A stretch of DNA of 64,000 bases, from assembly GCF_009914755.1 (NCBI RefSeq), contig NC_060928.1; one strand, 5' to 3'. Shown piece after piece: positions 28,471 through 44,497 of this stretch (positions are counted from its first letter, which is position 1; each line of letters opens with the position of its first letter). Source of the stretch: the human T2T-CHM13v2.0 reference genome, Homo sapiens. The notes under the pieces were generated by a model that did no database searches, was not told where the DNA came from, and was given only the letters and a program-made list of their open reading frames with translations. The translations under genes were made by a program, and so were the position numbers.

Positions 28471-29739
28471 ATAATTATTCTGGTGATTACCAAAAGTGTA
28501 ATTTGAAATGCAGTTTCATTTCAGGAGCAAAGCTAAAGTCCAGCTCCCCTCACTGGGATTCATGTCTGTCAATCATTTTCTTGGTCCTAAGCCACCTAAT
28601 CTGGAGCCTTTTAAATTGCTCATGCTAATTTGAGATGTGTAAGGTGGGGTGAAGCTTGTGCAGAGAGAAATAGATGCTTGAGGTATGGGTTAAAAAGAGA
28701 TGTAGAAGGTAGAAAATAATACTCTTAATCACTCTGATGCATGCCCTTGATAGCATTTGTCTTCTAGGGAATCTGGTCTATTCACAGGATATGTGTGTTA
28801 CCCTAAATTATCAGGTTTGTAAGAAAGCTGAGAGATAAAGAAGGGCATCTTTAAACATTCTAGAATGGCTATTTTCTTTCCCAGAAGCATAATCTATGTG
28901 ACAAATTTATCTATTTTAGTAATGTGACTAATTTACCTATTAAGTTCACTTAATGAAATTAATAGCATCATCTTGAGTTTGAGAACAAACTTTTTCACTT
29001 CCTAGAGAAGGTACAAATAATATGAATCTGGAAAGAATATATTCCTGATACAAAATTTACTCCAGTACATGTACTGACTTCACAGATTAAATTCTTGCCA
29101 TTAAGAAGTTTAGTTGAATCTCATTTTTCTCTGCGATGGCCAAGCTGGTGATAAGCCAACAATAAAATAGAATGGAGCAGCCGTGGTTGACTGGTCTCCA
29201 ACAGACTCATAAAACATCCATTAGTTCTTGCCTATTGCCTGGAAAATTGAGTGAGATCTTTAAAGCCATGGTTCCAAAGACTTAAATTAAGGCACAAGGA
29301 GAGAATTAATTATCTTTAGAGTTAAGTACTTCGCAAATACACCGTGACATTCAGTGTTGCTTTGGATCAATCAGTGTTGTTTCAGATCAATCAAGGAAGT
29401 CATACAACACCACTTTGAGACAGGCCAGTTACTCCATTCTTTTTCTTGTTAACAGTAAATTCCTTCAAGACTACATATTTAAGCTTCATACTAAATGTAA
29501 AAATCTTTGAACCCAAATTTGAATTTGGAGCAGAATTGGTTTAACAGTCCTTACCAATGACCAAAATAGAGCTATTTGGCCAATAAAATCCAGTATTAAC
29601 CAAACACTCATAGCTATCGTGGTCTGTGCCTAGCTCACTCCCCCATTTCTGGGTATTGGCTTGCATTTCCTTAGTGTATTTACATGTTACAATAAGAGGA
29701 ATTGTGTTTTTAAATGATGACCTTATCTCTCTGGCCACA

Positions 29740-30130
29740 AGCAATTTGCCCAGGGATGGACACCTGATTCACATTAGTTCTTTCCATAAAAATGTTACAT
29801 TGGAGCCAAGAAAGATTTTATTGAATGTCTTTCCAGAAGACTGAACAAGAACATGTTAACTTGGAATGACTGCAGCCATGCTTCCAGTCACGTGAACCAA
29901 GAAAAAGATTCCTCCAAGCTTGGGCACACACAAGAAAACAGAGATGTAAGATGACAATACAGCCTCCTTCTTATGTCTCTGCTGTGTTCACTTTATTCCT
30001 GATACTCTGTGGCTTCCCTCGCCTTCATTTTCATGTAAAGCTCATGTAGTCGTCTATTGAATGTTCTTTACTTAAAGTAGTTGGACTGGATTCATGTTTC
30101 TTGCAACCAGAATAGTCCTCACTAATGCAT
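29740..30130 (+). mobile_element. Old MaLR LTR (MLT1J/K-like)
   Basis: 3' end 'cttaaagtagttggactggattcatgtttcttgcaaccagaatagtcctcactaatgca' resembles MLT1 termini; start uncertain. Confidence 0.5.
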
Positions 30131-30624
30131 GCTGTGATTATGTTGAGTACTTGGAAAAAGTCATTACAATCATTTGCCTTTGACAAAGACCTTTAACGAT
30201 CTTTTACCTCTATTTCTAAGGGATATTAAATGAAAAAAGATGGTTTATCATTAAATAGGATTAAAAAAATCTGAGTTGAAGAAATCTAAACCTTTTCTTT
30301 TTTTGCTATACTTAGTGCTTTAAAATGCCTGTGATTGTAAATTTCTAAGAGCTCAGTGTATTGTACAGCATTTTGCACCTTTATGTAGTCATAGAGCTAT
30401 TTTTCTGAGGAACATCTTCAGATAATATTTCATGAAGAATCCTCTGGAATATGCTGATTTATCCCATCTGCCTAAAAGAGAAACAAAGGCCATGTAATTT
30501 CGTTTCTCCTAACCCACCTCATAGACGAGAACCTGGACTAAAATCTAGATTTCCAGGTTTTCTTTCTCGTTGTTCTCCCTTTACCATATGTTGACTTTGA
30601 TCATAGCCAACAGGCATGGGAAAG

Positions 30625-30999
30625 TGATACGGTTGGCCTGTGTCCCCACCAAAACCTCAACTTGCATTGTAGCTCCCATAATCCCCACATGTTGTTGGGG
30701 GACTCGGTGGGAGGTCATTGAATCATGGGGGTGGTTACCCTCATGCTGTTCTCGTGATAGTGAGTGAGTTCTCACAAGATCTGATGGTTTTATAAGGAGC
30801 TTTTCCCCCTTTTGCTCGGCACTTCTCCTTGCTGCCGCCATGTGAAGAAAGACGTGTTTGCTTCCCCTTTAGCCATGATTGTAAGTTTCCTGTATCCTCC
30901 CCAGCCCTGCTGAACTTTGAGCCAACTAAACCTCTTTTCTTTATAAATTACCCAGTCTTTGGTATGCCTTTATTAGCAGTGTGAGAATGGAGTAATACA
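30625..30999 (+). mobile_element. THE1D MaLR solo LTR
   Basis: Close match to THE1D from 'tgatacggttggcctgtgtccccacc' to 'gagaatggagtaataca'; 5-bp TSD GAAAG. Confidence 0.93.
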
Positions 31000-31179
31000 G
31001 AAAGTAAACCATATAGAAATGACTTTCAGTACACACACACCCCTGTACATATTGCAGTGACTTTCCATACACAGGAACAGTCCCTGTGAGTCTCTGCAGG
31101 GACAGCCCAGTGAGAGGAGCAGAGTGAAGACTCAGGGGGCAGCATGTCCAGGTTATAATGCTTGTTTGGCTTTCTTTTA

Positions 31180-31497
<318 letters not shown>

Positions 31498-34400
31498 TTG
31501 GCTTTCTTTTAGTTGTGTGACCCTACACAGGGATGTGACCTGGCTGGCCTTGGTGTCATCTATAAAATGGGAATGCTACCTGTATCTCTCCTGGTGGCAG
31601 TGAGGAGTAGATGATTTAGTGAGCATGCAGCTGACTCTGAGGAGCTGTTCAGTTACAGCTACATCCTAGGGGCCTTCCTCACTAAGACCGTGTGGGCAAT
31701 GCTGCACTTCTCAGATCTGCTGCCACTGAAGTTCTGGATATCATTTTAGGTAGAAAAATCCGATCAATGCTGTCTTTTGAGGCTTGGATTTGAAACTGAG
31801 CTACATGGGAAAAGAGGCAAGGTGCAGGTGACACAATTCCTAGACACACATTTTATCAGAGACAGAGTGATGCTGGAGCTGGCCATACAACTAGTGGCTT
31901 CTCACTCCAGCAGGGGCTTCTGAGAGTGAAAGGTGCAGTCGTCCCTCAGGGGTATGTTTGGGAGTTCCCAAAAGCAAAGTGTAGACTGTGTTTTCAGTCC
32001 TCCCAGTGACTCTGAAATCCACTTTATACTGATAAAGAATCTCTTTCTTAAACTGGCCATATGGATTAAATTTTTGAAAAAAAACTTATGATTCAAAAAA
32101 CTAAAAACATGTTCTAAGAATATTACAGAAAACAGTGTAGAAAGCACTTATATGATCTCTTATGATTATTATTTGGTGGACTATCCTGCAGCAATATCCC
32201 GGGTGTGGCTAGGATGCACTAATTGCCACTGTAGTGTCCCAAAGCAATTAACGTGCCTCCCTAAGTGAAAAATTGTGACAAGGAAGGATATGTATCACAC
32301 AAGAAATAGAATTACGTGCTTGATCTTGACATCTCTTTATTAATGGAGCTGTAATTTCTTTGTATTTAAGTTGCTTTATCTGAACATTGGGCACAGAAAC
32401 ACAGAGATGGAGACTGACACAGAGAAAAGATGGCCTTGGGGCTCATAGAGGAGTCACCATGATTCCATAATATGTCTTTTTAAATTTCTGCAGCAGAACC
32501 TCAACTGAATCTCGCCAGTTACTTAGTAGTACAAGAATAACTTCAAGGAAGGAAATCTATTTATATCATCTAGAAACAAGAAGGAAACCTATTTATGGAA
32601 ATGAAATTACTCTTGACTGTTAGGCCTTCAACTTGTGCTAGACTTTGACCATAGTGTGTCTGTAGTCACCAGATAACACTAAAAATCAGCCCTAAAATCC
32701 GTCTTTTCTTCAATCATATGCTTTGTAATTGAAAAAGTATAACATTAAAAATTTTTAGTTGGAGAGTAGACAACTGTTTCTGGCTTATGGAACAGTCAAC
32801 AAATACTTCTCCTTTCTTTCTTCTTTCTTCCTCCTATTCTCCATAAAACCATAAATTATTGTTTGAATCCTCCAAACATAGACAGCCATCACAAGGTTCA
32901 TATGATTGCTTGATATTACCAAGTATTACAAGCAAGTTAATATGAAAGCTTGAAGCAAAAAAGGCAGGTGCCTGAAAGGAATTACAGAACATGGGGCATG
33001 AACTTTAATAAAGACTAATAAATGATAGATTTATGTAGATTGCTGCCTTTAGTCACTTTTAGTCTTCCGAAGAAACTTACGAGGAATGTAATCATTGTGG
33101 ATGCTGCCATGGGAACTTATTTACAGTGTCACAGTTTTAAAATAACTGCTGAATCTGATGTTCCAACTGACCACAGAAAGGGCAGTCCAGCTCGGCAAAT
33201 CACACAGGCCGCCTCTGGGATCTCATGTTTTGGACACCACTTCTCGATTTTATACTGTCCAGTCATCCCAATCCACAGACTCTCTTCTACGCTATTGCTC
33301 TAGTTAGAATGTATTCTAGCATAGAATAATTCTACGCTAACTGCTCTAGTTAGAAGCTGATCATCTCTCAGCCAAGACTCTTTCAGACTCCTTTCTTTCC
33401 CTTTAATCTTTCTAACCTATCACCAAAGGGATTGTGGTTTTTAATTTTTGTCATATTGTGACAACCAGAATAGGCACATAGTAATCTTTAATTTTTCTTA
33501 GTTATGCTTGTTGAATGATTAGTATAAGCCAGGCACCGTGCTAAACCCCTTAACACACATTATTCCATGTAATTGTCACCATAATTCTGAATTAAGTGCC
33601 CTTATTCACACATAGCAAACATCAGAGCCAGAATCTCAAACAAATTCTGTGCTGTTTTGAAAGCAAGTAGCCTGTTGGTAAATATTTGATGAAGACCCAA
33701 TGTCTTTACTGTGTGCCCACTAGTGTCCTAACTACTCCTGATTAATAAAACGAGGGAAGAGGAAGGGATTTTCCAGGTAATATCCAACCCCGAGTTTACT
33801 TTTCATCTAAAATCTTTATAAAGAATCAAAGGAACAATTTTGTAGATTGTAGAGTAGTTTAAAAAATAGAAAGAAAATATATCCTAAACACTGGTTAAAG
33901 GCAATAATTTTAATAGGCATACCATCAGAACAGTCAATGTGAGAACACAGACAGTAAAACACTGCCTTCATGCTTCCCCACACTCTCAACAGAGCAGGCC
34001 ATCATATCAGTCATCGTCAATGTTGAATTTATTTTGCACAACACTTTGCATAAATCGATGACTCGTAGTGGTCAAGCTGTGTCCGAATCCAAGCAGAAGC
34101 ATGGAGGTCATCAGAGATTGTATGTTCTCTGAGAGCAGCGACTGTGCTGTACACACAGTGCGATTCCCACGATCCTCACAGTGGAATTGGCCAGTGGGCT
34201 TCTGTGGGCTACTAGTGCCACATAATATTTACAAGTATTTAGAGGATTAGAAAAATGACTTGGTGTCTAAAGAAGTCTCAGAAACAATGGGTGTATCAAT
34301 TGGAGCAGAAGTCCTCACACATTTGCACTGTTATGCCTGTTGTATGTTGTATCCCATGTACAAGCACTGCTATAAGAGGGTGAAGAGATCTGAGGCAACT

Positions 34401-35759
34401 TCGTCCTTCGGGTGCCTGAGCAGGGTTGTGAGACTAGAGACAGATATGATCAGCCTCATTTATATAGCCCAGAATGCTGAACAAATTGTTTTACGTGTGT
34501 GCCAGGATGTGGAAAAGGCTGGGGAAGCATTGAGTTAGGTTTTTTGGTTATGTGCCCTTATTCACACACAGCAAACACTGTCCCTTGATAAACTGATTTT
34601 TTAAAAAGTGAACTCCTAGCTGATAGTTCCAATAAACCTACACAGGGCTGGTGCCATTTTCAAAGGGCATTAGGATTCTTTTAAAAGGGATAGAGTCCAG
34701 TTGGTCATAAGTATCCATATGGGTACTACTTTGATTAAACAAAGTTAAACAGAATTTTAGGATATTGTCTGTAATTGTTTTCTTCTGTTTTGATTTGATT
34801 AGGCTTATTTTATTTAATTCTCAGAACTTTTAATCTGCATTATAAGCCATACAAGAAACATATGTGAATTTCCTATATATGATCAAAAACAATAGCTACT
34901 TGACCACTGAGAGTTTGTTCACAATTCAATTCTAGGAGCTAATGTGCAATGAAGCACATTTTTGGTAAACTTGCTTCATAATTAAATTTTCTGAAAAGAT
35001 TTGCTCTTACACATTTCAAATGTGTCTAAATAAAATAAAAATCAGAGAGATGTAAAAGAACTAAGATAATTTTGACAAGCAGTTGTAGATTATCAAGACT
35101 TTAGTTGGTAGTTAATTCAACTTCACTTTTGTATTAGTTTATTTTTTTTAAAAAATGGGTGAGAAATTGGAGTGAAAATGAAAAGAAATGAAAACTGTAG
35201 GTGTTTGCTCTAAGCACCTAATGGTGGGTGCTCAACAAATCAAATGGTTTCCATTCTTTAATTATGCAAATGACTACTGAACTCAGAGTCCGCCTGAAAC
35301 AACCTACTGTTTTCAACATACATGCAAAATAGTAAGCGAACACTGGTGAGGTGACAACGAATTAACACTGGCTTACGGTCCTCCGTGATTTCCCTACCTG
35401 CACCTGCGTGACTATTAGCACTGTTCTCCAAGTCGATCAACTCGGCAGCTGCTTCTGGGATATGCTTACTCCCCAAAATCAGTCCAAAATCTAGTTCTGT
35501 GCTCATTCCACCACCAATGACACCTTAAATGTATCCAATTTCTCCTATTCCCAAGTACCAACCTAGTTCCAGTCATCATTATCTATCCTGCCCTTGTGTG
35601 GTGGTTCATTCACTAGTCTCCCATTGCATCTCATCTTCTGTTAAAGTAAGCTCCAGACAGGAGTCAAAAAAAAAAAAAAAAAAAACAAATAATAGGTTTA
35701 AACATTTTTCTTATTGTAAAGCTTTCAATCCTATTCCAATAAGATTTTTAAAAGTTAGC

Positions 35760-36607
<848 letters not shown>

Positions 36608-37562
36608 TTTGCTATATGTTTGGCATTTGCTAAAAGGACTTAGGAGAAGCTCATTTAATGCCTGCATCAGCCCCATGACAGGTGTCATTATTCCCACTTT
36701 AGAATGGAGAAAATAGAGACTTCCATAAGTTAATTACCCAGAGTTACACAAGTGGCCAATGCCAGATCCAAGAGTCAAACCAGATGTCACTGACTTCAAA
36801 CCCATGCTCTTAGAATGACATTTTGAAACTTCTAAACAAAATATTATTTTGAAGCAGGTTTCATCGTGACATGTCTGAAAGTAGCAACACTTATTCTCAA
36901 AAAGTTGTTATTTAAGCTGTAGTACAATAGGGAAACATAAACCAAAATGAGAAAAAAGAGGAGGAGAGACTAAGCCCGGGCTGAAGAGATGGCATGTACA
37001 TATTTAAAAACAATTTATATGTATTCCTCATGGTGTTTTCTATGGTTTCTCTGCTGCATAGGGATAAGTAGTAAATGGAAAGTGATGTCCAAATTTGGTT
37101 TTCCTAAGTCATAACTCAAAACAAGGCCATCAAACAGAGACGCAGGCTTTCAAATGATCAGGCCGTGTAACTCCTCACCTCAATCCTGCTGGCTCTTCTG
37201 TCATGTCGTCTTTCAAATCTGGACCTGATAATTTATTCCTCTGGAATCACGTTTCAGATATGGGAATATACATAACTTTACATCTCATTATTAAGGCCTT
37301 TCAAGGCTTTAACATCTATTACAACGATGTAATCTTCAAATCTTACAAACATGTATAACTTCGACATGATCATATTATATATGTATGCATACATAGATTT
37401 GATTTCGGTGGGTCAGAAGTTTGCTAGCAGTATCTTGATCGCTATTATATTTACTTTTCCAGTATGTTTTACTCATCTTTTAGTTTTTAAGAATCCAAAT
37501 GGGTAACCTAACTTGAGAATGTTCCCTCAACATCATGGCTTAGAAAAAAACAGCCTATGTTA

Positions 37563-37890
<328 letters not shown>

Positions 37891-37947
37891 ACTTATTTTT
37901 TACTGAAGCCAAGAAAACTTAATTACTTGCTCCAAGAAATAGTTGCT

Positions 37948-38055
37948 CTTCAGAAATAAGACTGAACCCATCAAAATAGCTCACTTATCAAGACTAATGG
38001 CTTCAGAAGTAAGACTGAACCCATCAAAACAGCTCACTTATCAAGACTAATGGCT
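37948..38055. repeat. 53-bp tandem duplication (possibly within an old LTR, about 37900-38355)
   Basis: cttcagaa(a/g)taagactgaacccatcaaaa(t/c)agctcacttatcaagactaatgg twice (37948, 38001). Confidence 0.9.
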
Positions 38056-38582
38056 TGCTCTTCACAGCTCACTTCAAGGTCCTCTCTTTGCTATGCCCAC
38101 TGTCTAAAGCTATTATTTCACTATCTCTGTCCATCCCAGAAATATTTTGAGCCTTTTAAGAACCGCCTTAAATATCACACATCCCAGACCCTGGGACAAT
38201 GTATTAATAAATATCTTTTCCTGACATCCCTCTTCAGCTAAACAGTACTAATATTATGTCAAAGTAGTGTTCTCTTTTACTTCAGTCAGTGTAAGGAACT
38301 TAGCTTTTTTTGTAATAAATTTTTCTGGTTGTATTTGGAAGAGTCGGTGGTCAGCAGTTGAGTATGCAGCATCTGAACATATGTCTACTTCTATTTGTAA
38401 TAACGATGGTGGTAGCAATAGTAGCTGTGGTAGTAGCAGACGTGGAATTAGAAGCCACTTTGACAATAGCAAGTACTTCACATGCTTTCCTGTTAAATTA
38501 GGAGTATGAAACTCATGATTCACACAATTATAAAAATATTGACTCATGTATGTTTTCAGATTCTCAAAATATAATACATTGA

Positions 38583-38950
<368 letters not shown>

Positions 38951-39073
38951 TGCATGTAGATTCTTAAAGTATACAGAGCTTATGTTATTCTTTCAAAATA
39001 ACATATAATAGTATATAACAATAATAATGTAAGAATAATGTTTACATTATTCTTCTATTTTCTGGGATTTTTA

Positions 39074-39364
<291 letters not shown>

Positions 39365-41937
39365 GATTTTTAGAGAAAAACATTGATGAGAGAGTGAAAT
39401 TATGGAAACTCAAAAGAAGAATTAAAGTTCACTTAACTACTATGTCAATTAAACGCTCCATGTTTTAAAGCTCATGCTCGTTATTCCACTCCAGACCGTC
39501 CTTTCAATACAACTTTGAAGCAGTAATTTACTACCTGAAATGACTACGGTAGTTTTTATAAAATACTACATTATCTCCTTTGTACCTCTCATTCTATCTT
39601 AAAATAAATGTACTGTTTTCAACATTTTTATTACTACTTATTTCATGGTGAGGGCATGTGTTTGTATGTTTGTTTCCTGAAGCTCTCTCTGTGGATAGAT
39701 ATTAAGTGCCATTCACTTTTGTATGTTTCACTGAATGGCGTCTGGACTACAAGGACTATATATAGTCACACATATTTGTTGAATAAATGGATGAATGAAT
39801 GAATGAGAGTCCTGAAAAACTGAGAGCTTAATTACAAAGTTCATTTGTTACTTAAAAAGCTGTCTTTAAACATTTTACACATAAAACATCTGTTGCAAAC
39901 ACATTTTATTTCATAGTTAAATGTTTTCATATTGGTTTTCTTATAGTGGGCTCCTATATTTCCTTTACCTTTCTCATGCAGTAGCATTTTGTTATACACA
40001 TTTTCTTGAAAACTAGGCCCAAGCAGGGGGTCAGAAGAAGAATTATGTTCTTTACTACAATAGAAGTGGGAGAAATAATTCCTAGTTCTGTTTTCTGATA
40101 GAACCTTCAGGGCAGAGTAAAATTCCTCCCGTTAATTTGTAAACTGAGCATAATAAAGCACACAATTCATGATGGTTCTAAGATTATTTTGCTTGTGAAA
40201 CAAACATATCAACTCTTGTACATTTCACGTGAACATTACAGCACGGCCCAGGACAGGGTCTACAGCACTAAACAGCTGTCACTAGAGTCAGGAGACACGT
40301 CTTGTGACCCTGCAGGAAAATAACCAGCACGTTGCAACTGTGGCCAAACCTGGCCTGAATCTCTGTTGTGCAATTAGTCTGCCCACCAATAGCAGGCCCA
40401 AACAGTTTTATTGAGCCTAACCTCAGTAAACCAGTCTTATTGTTAAACTACTCCAGTTACTTGCCCTCTTTTGCTTCCCTCCCTGCAAAGAGCCTGCTCT
40501 GGGACTCCCACGACCTCTGAGGCCGGTGAAGCACTTCCTTGCTTAGTGGTCCATAATCATACACACTTGCGTTTCTACGTCTCCTGGGTTCAGTAAGGAG
40601 ACCAGAACTTTTCTTAACCTTTAACTAGTACTTATACATTTGCCTTGCCAAGGTCTGCTTGTAGAATCCTTGAGCAACCTGGTGGTCTTGCAACCTTGGA
40701 GCCAGCTTCCTGTAGGAGTAAACACCTTGTGTAAGAAATGGATACAACTAGGCCACCCTATGTCATTAGTGCACTCATGGTGCCCAAGTGAAAGATTTAA
40801 GGCAATTGACAAAATGCTTCAGTGGCACCTTAGTGTCCTAGAAGCACGGATAAGCCCAGCCTCTTTATGTCTCTTAATGCACTCTGGAACATTTCATCCC
40901 TCTCCTGCTTCTCACAACAATCTCACAAGACTCAAGAGATAGATTAGTATTTCAGAAATGAGGACACTGAGGCCTTTTCCCCATTTGTAGCCTTACAGAC
41001 AGTGTGCCTTTGGTTTATGTTTTAGAACATTTTTATGATTATAAAATTATTGTGCAATCATTGTAAAACACTAAAAAAAGAGTAAAGATTAGAATAAAAT
41101 AAAATTCTCCTTAGCCCAACAAAAGATAACGAGTTAACACTTTCATATTTGAATAGATTTATACATTTATACATTTTTTCTTATGAACTTGCAGTTACAT
41201 ATTTTATTCACTTAATGTACCTTGAGCAATTTCTGGAATTTCTGAAATTCAAACCCAATTTTGAGAACCTGATGAAATAGTTAATGATGTAACACACCCC
41301 TGCCTAATTCAAGCAATCTACTTCTAACTAACTGGCTGCAGTCATATTCTGTAAAGGACTCTTTGCTTAACTATGATTGTTTCTTCATAACACATTTCAG
41401 GAAGTAGAGTTAATGGGTTAAAAGCTTGTACATGTTTAAGAGTCTTGATGTTAACTGCCATATTGCCCTTGGAGTGACTGGAAAAATTACACTCCCAATC
41501 CAACCATATGAAAATGCCTGTCAACTCCCATGTTGCCAACCCTGGATGATTTCATTGTTTTGAATCTTTACCAATTTGGGATATAAAAATGACAGTAAAT
41601 TATTTAAACTTGTACATTTTTGATGATCTGTGAGACTGATTTCACTAAATGGTCTATATATGTTTGGGTGTGTTTCTAAACTTTCTGCTGTTTCACACAT
41701 TTTATGTTAATTCTTACATCATAAATATTTATAATTATCATAATTTAAAAATATAATATAGAATATTTGTCTTCATTCTATTTACTCAACATTTTCTGTA
41801 TTATTCTATTCCACTTGTTGTTTCACGTGAATTTGGAATTGTTTTATAATATTAAAGAAAAGTCATTGGAATTTTTAAGCCATTAAACATGTTTACAATT
41901 TGGGGGAAATAACAGCTATATATTTTGTACTTGTAAA

Positions 41938-42015
41938 CTTAGGAAGGCAAATTAATTCTACAATTACTCTAATATTCTTAGGAAGACAAATTAATTCCAC
42001 AGTTACTCTAATATT
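41938..42015. repeat. 39-bp tandem duplication
   Basis: cttaggaag(g/a)caaattaatt...ttactctaatatt twice (41938, 41977). Confidence 0.9.
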
Positions 42016-42916
42016 TTTATTATTAATCTCATAGTAAAGTAAAATTTTAAAATTTTATTTTGTAACTTTTTCCTGTTCCTTATGATTATACTTAAGTGCA
42101 CCTTAAGTTCATCCAGTCTGTAGTTTTAGATACTAGTTACAGTTTAAAATGTTTGAATTTGTATCTTAGGACTCAACCTTTCTGCTGAATTGCTGATTCA
42201 TATTCCTTGGTTTACCTAATGTTACTACTTGGACATCAAATGTTCATCTAAATTTAAAACAAGACGAAAACCTGATTCTCTTTTCTGCACAAATAATGTC
42301 ATTTCTTTAGGAAGTCTTCCTTGGCCAACCTAGTATACTCCTTCCACTCCACCCAACCCATTGCTACTGACTTTTACTGAGTTATTTGGCCTTGATTTTC
42401 TTCATAGTAACTCCATTACCCAACACATGTAATTTATATATCTATTAACTGTCTCCTCTGTACACATCCTTGAATACATACTACTTAAGGGTAGGAACTT
42501 TTGCCTTCACATTTATTGCTACAGATCTTATAACGGTGCTTCCAAGGCAGTTGTTACTATATATGTATATATATATAATCAATGGTTAAAAAATTAGTAA
42601 CCCTATTTATCTTCCCATTATTTCTAAACAATTATTTTCCTGACTTTTAAATTTGAACTCTTATGTCAATTTAAAATTTTAATGTCTACTCTTTCTTAAT
42701 TTTTAATATTTCACTTTATTGTCACTTCTTCTTTAAGGCTGTCTTCTCTGATCCCGAGCCCCTTACTCAAGAAGAGTCAGCCCTCATTTTCTTGCATCCC
42801 CATTAGATTCTATTTCTATTTGTATCACATAAGTTTGTGCATGACTGTATTCCTTTTTAAATAAATGAGTTGTTTTCATACATATATGTATGTACCAATG
42901 AATAAATAAAAGACAT

Positions 42917-43397
42917 CGTATTAGTTAGGGTTCTCTAGAGGAAAAGAACTAATAGGATACATATATCATATTGGTTCTATATAAACATATATATATATAT
43001 ATGACTTTATTAAGTATTAACTTACATGATCACAAGGTCCCACAATATGCAATAGGCTGTCTGCAAGCTGAGGAGCAAGGAGAGCCAGTCCAAGTCCCAA
43101 AACTGAAGAACTTAGAGTCCGATGTTCTAGGGCAGGAAGCGTCCACCACGGGAGAAAGGGAGAAAGATGTGGGAGGCTGGGGGCCAGGCCAGTCTCACTT
43201 TTTCACATTTTTCTGCCTGCTTTATATTTGCAGGCCCCCGATTAGATGGTGCCCACCAGATTAAAGGTGGGTCTGTCTTCCCCAGATCATTGACTCAGAT
43301 ATTAGTCTCCTTTGGCAACACCCTCACAGACACACCCAGGATCAATACTTTGCATCCTTCAATCCAATCAAGTTGACACTCGGTATTAACCATCATA
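42917..43397 (-). mobile_element. MLT2A1 (HERV-L) solo LTR
   Basis: 'gtattagttagggttctctagagg...' to 'caatccaatcaagttgacactcggtattaaccatcata'; internal (TA)n; 5-bp TSD GACAT. Confidence 0.92.
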
Positions 43398-43674
43398 GAC
43401 ATAAATTAGAAAAGAGAAAAAAATAAAGGAATTGATTATGGTTGATAATAAAATCAATAAAACATTTGAAATATTTAATCTGGGAGAAAAAGAAAAGCAC
43501 AAACATCCAACATCAAATAAAAAAACTGTAAAAAGATTGGCTACCAGTTTAAGAGAAAGGCATTTATTCATTTACTCAGTGAATATTTACCAAATATACA
43601 CTATATATTCAGCGCCCTTCCCTGAAATCCAAACTCAAAAATATAAATAAAGAGTATATTCCCTTTAACTCTTT

Positions 43675-44497
43675 TTTTAGATTTAAGTTTTATTTTTTAA
43701 AAACCTACATATTATTTGTCCATTTGTATGGCATACATGTGGTATTTTGCTATATGCATAGAATGTGTAATGATCACACCAGGGTATTTAGGGTGTATAT
43801 CACCTTGAATATTTATCATTTCTATGTGTCAGGAACATTTCAAATCCTCTTTTCTAGCTATTTTCAAATATACAGTACATTGCTGTTATTGATAATCATT
43901 CTACTATGCTATCAAACATTGGAACTTATTTCTTCTATTCAACTGTATGTTTATACCCATTAATCAAGCACTCTTCATCTCCCTTCCCCCAGAACAACCC
44001 TTCCCAGCCTCTGGTAACTATAGTTCCATTCCCTACTTCCATGAGATCAACTTTTTAAGCTCCCACATATGCGTGAGAAAATGCAATATTTGTCTTTCTG
44101 TGCCTAGCTTATTTCACTTCACGTAATGTCCTCTAGTTCCATCCATGTTGTTGCAAATGACAGAATTTCATTCTTTTTTATGACCAGGTAGTATTCCATT
44201 GTGTATGTATATAGCATATTTCCTCATCCATTCATCTGTTGATGGACACTTCTGTTGTTTCCATATCTTTGCTATTGTGAATAGTGCTTCAATAAACATG
44301 AGGCTGTAGGTGTTCCTTTGATATAATTTCCTTTTCTTTGGATAAATACCCAGTAGTAGAAGTGCTGGATCATATAGTAGTTCTATTTTTAGATTTTTGA
44401 GAAATCTCTATCCTGTTTTCCATAGTGGCTATACTAGTTTACATTCCCACCAACAGCATATAAGGGTTTTGTCTGCATCCTTGCAAGCATCTGGTGT
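43675..44497 (-). mobile_element. L1MA-like 3' end
   Basis: Antisense L1MA 3'UTR ('ttctagctattttcaaatatacagtacattgctgtt', 'gagatcaactttttaagctcccacatat'). Confidence 0.85.
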
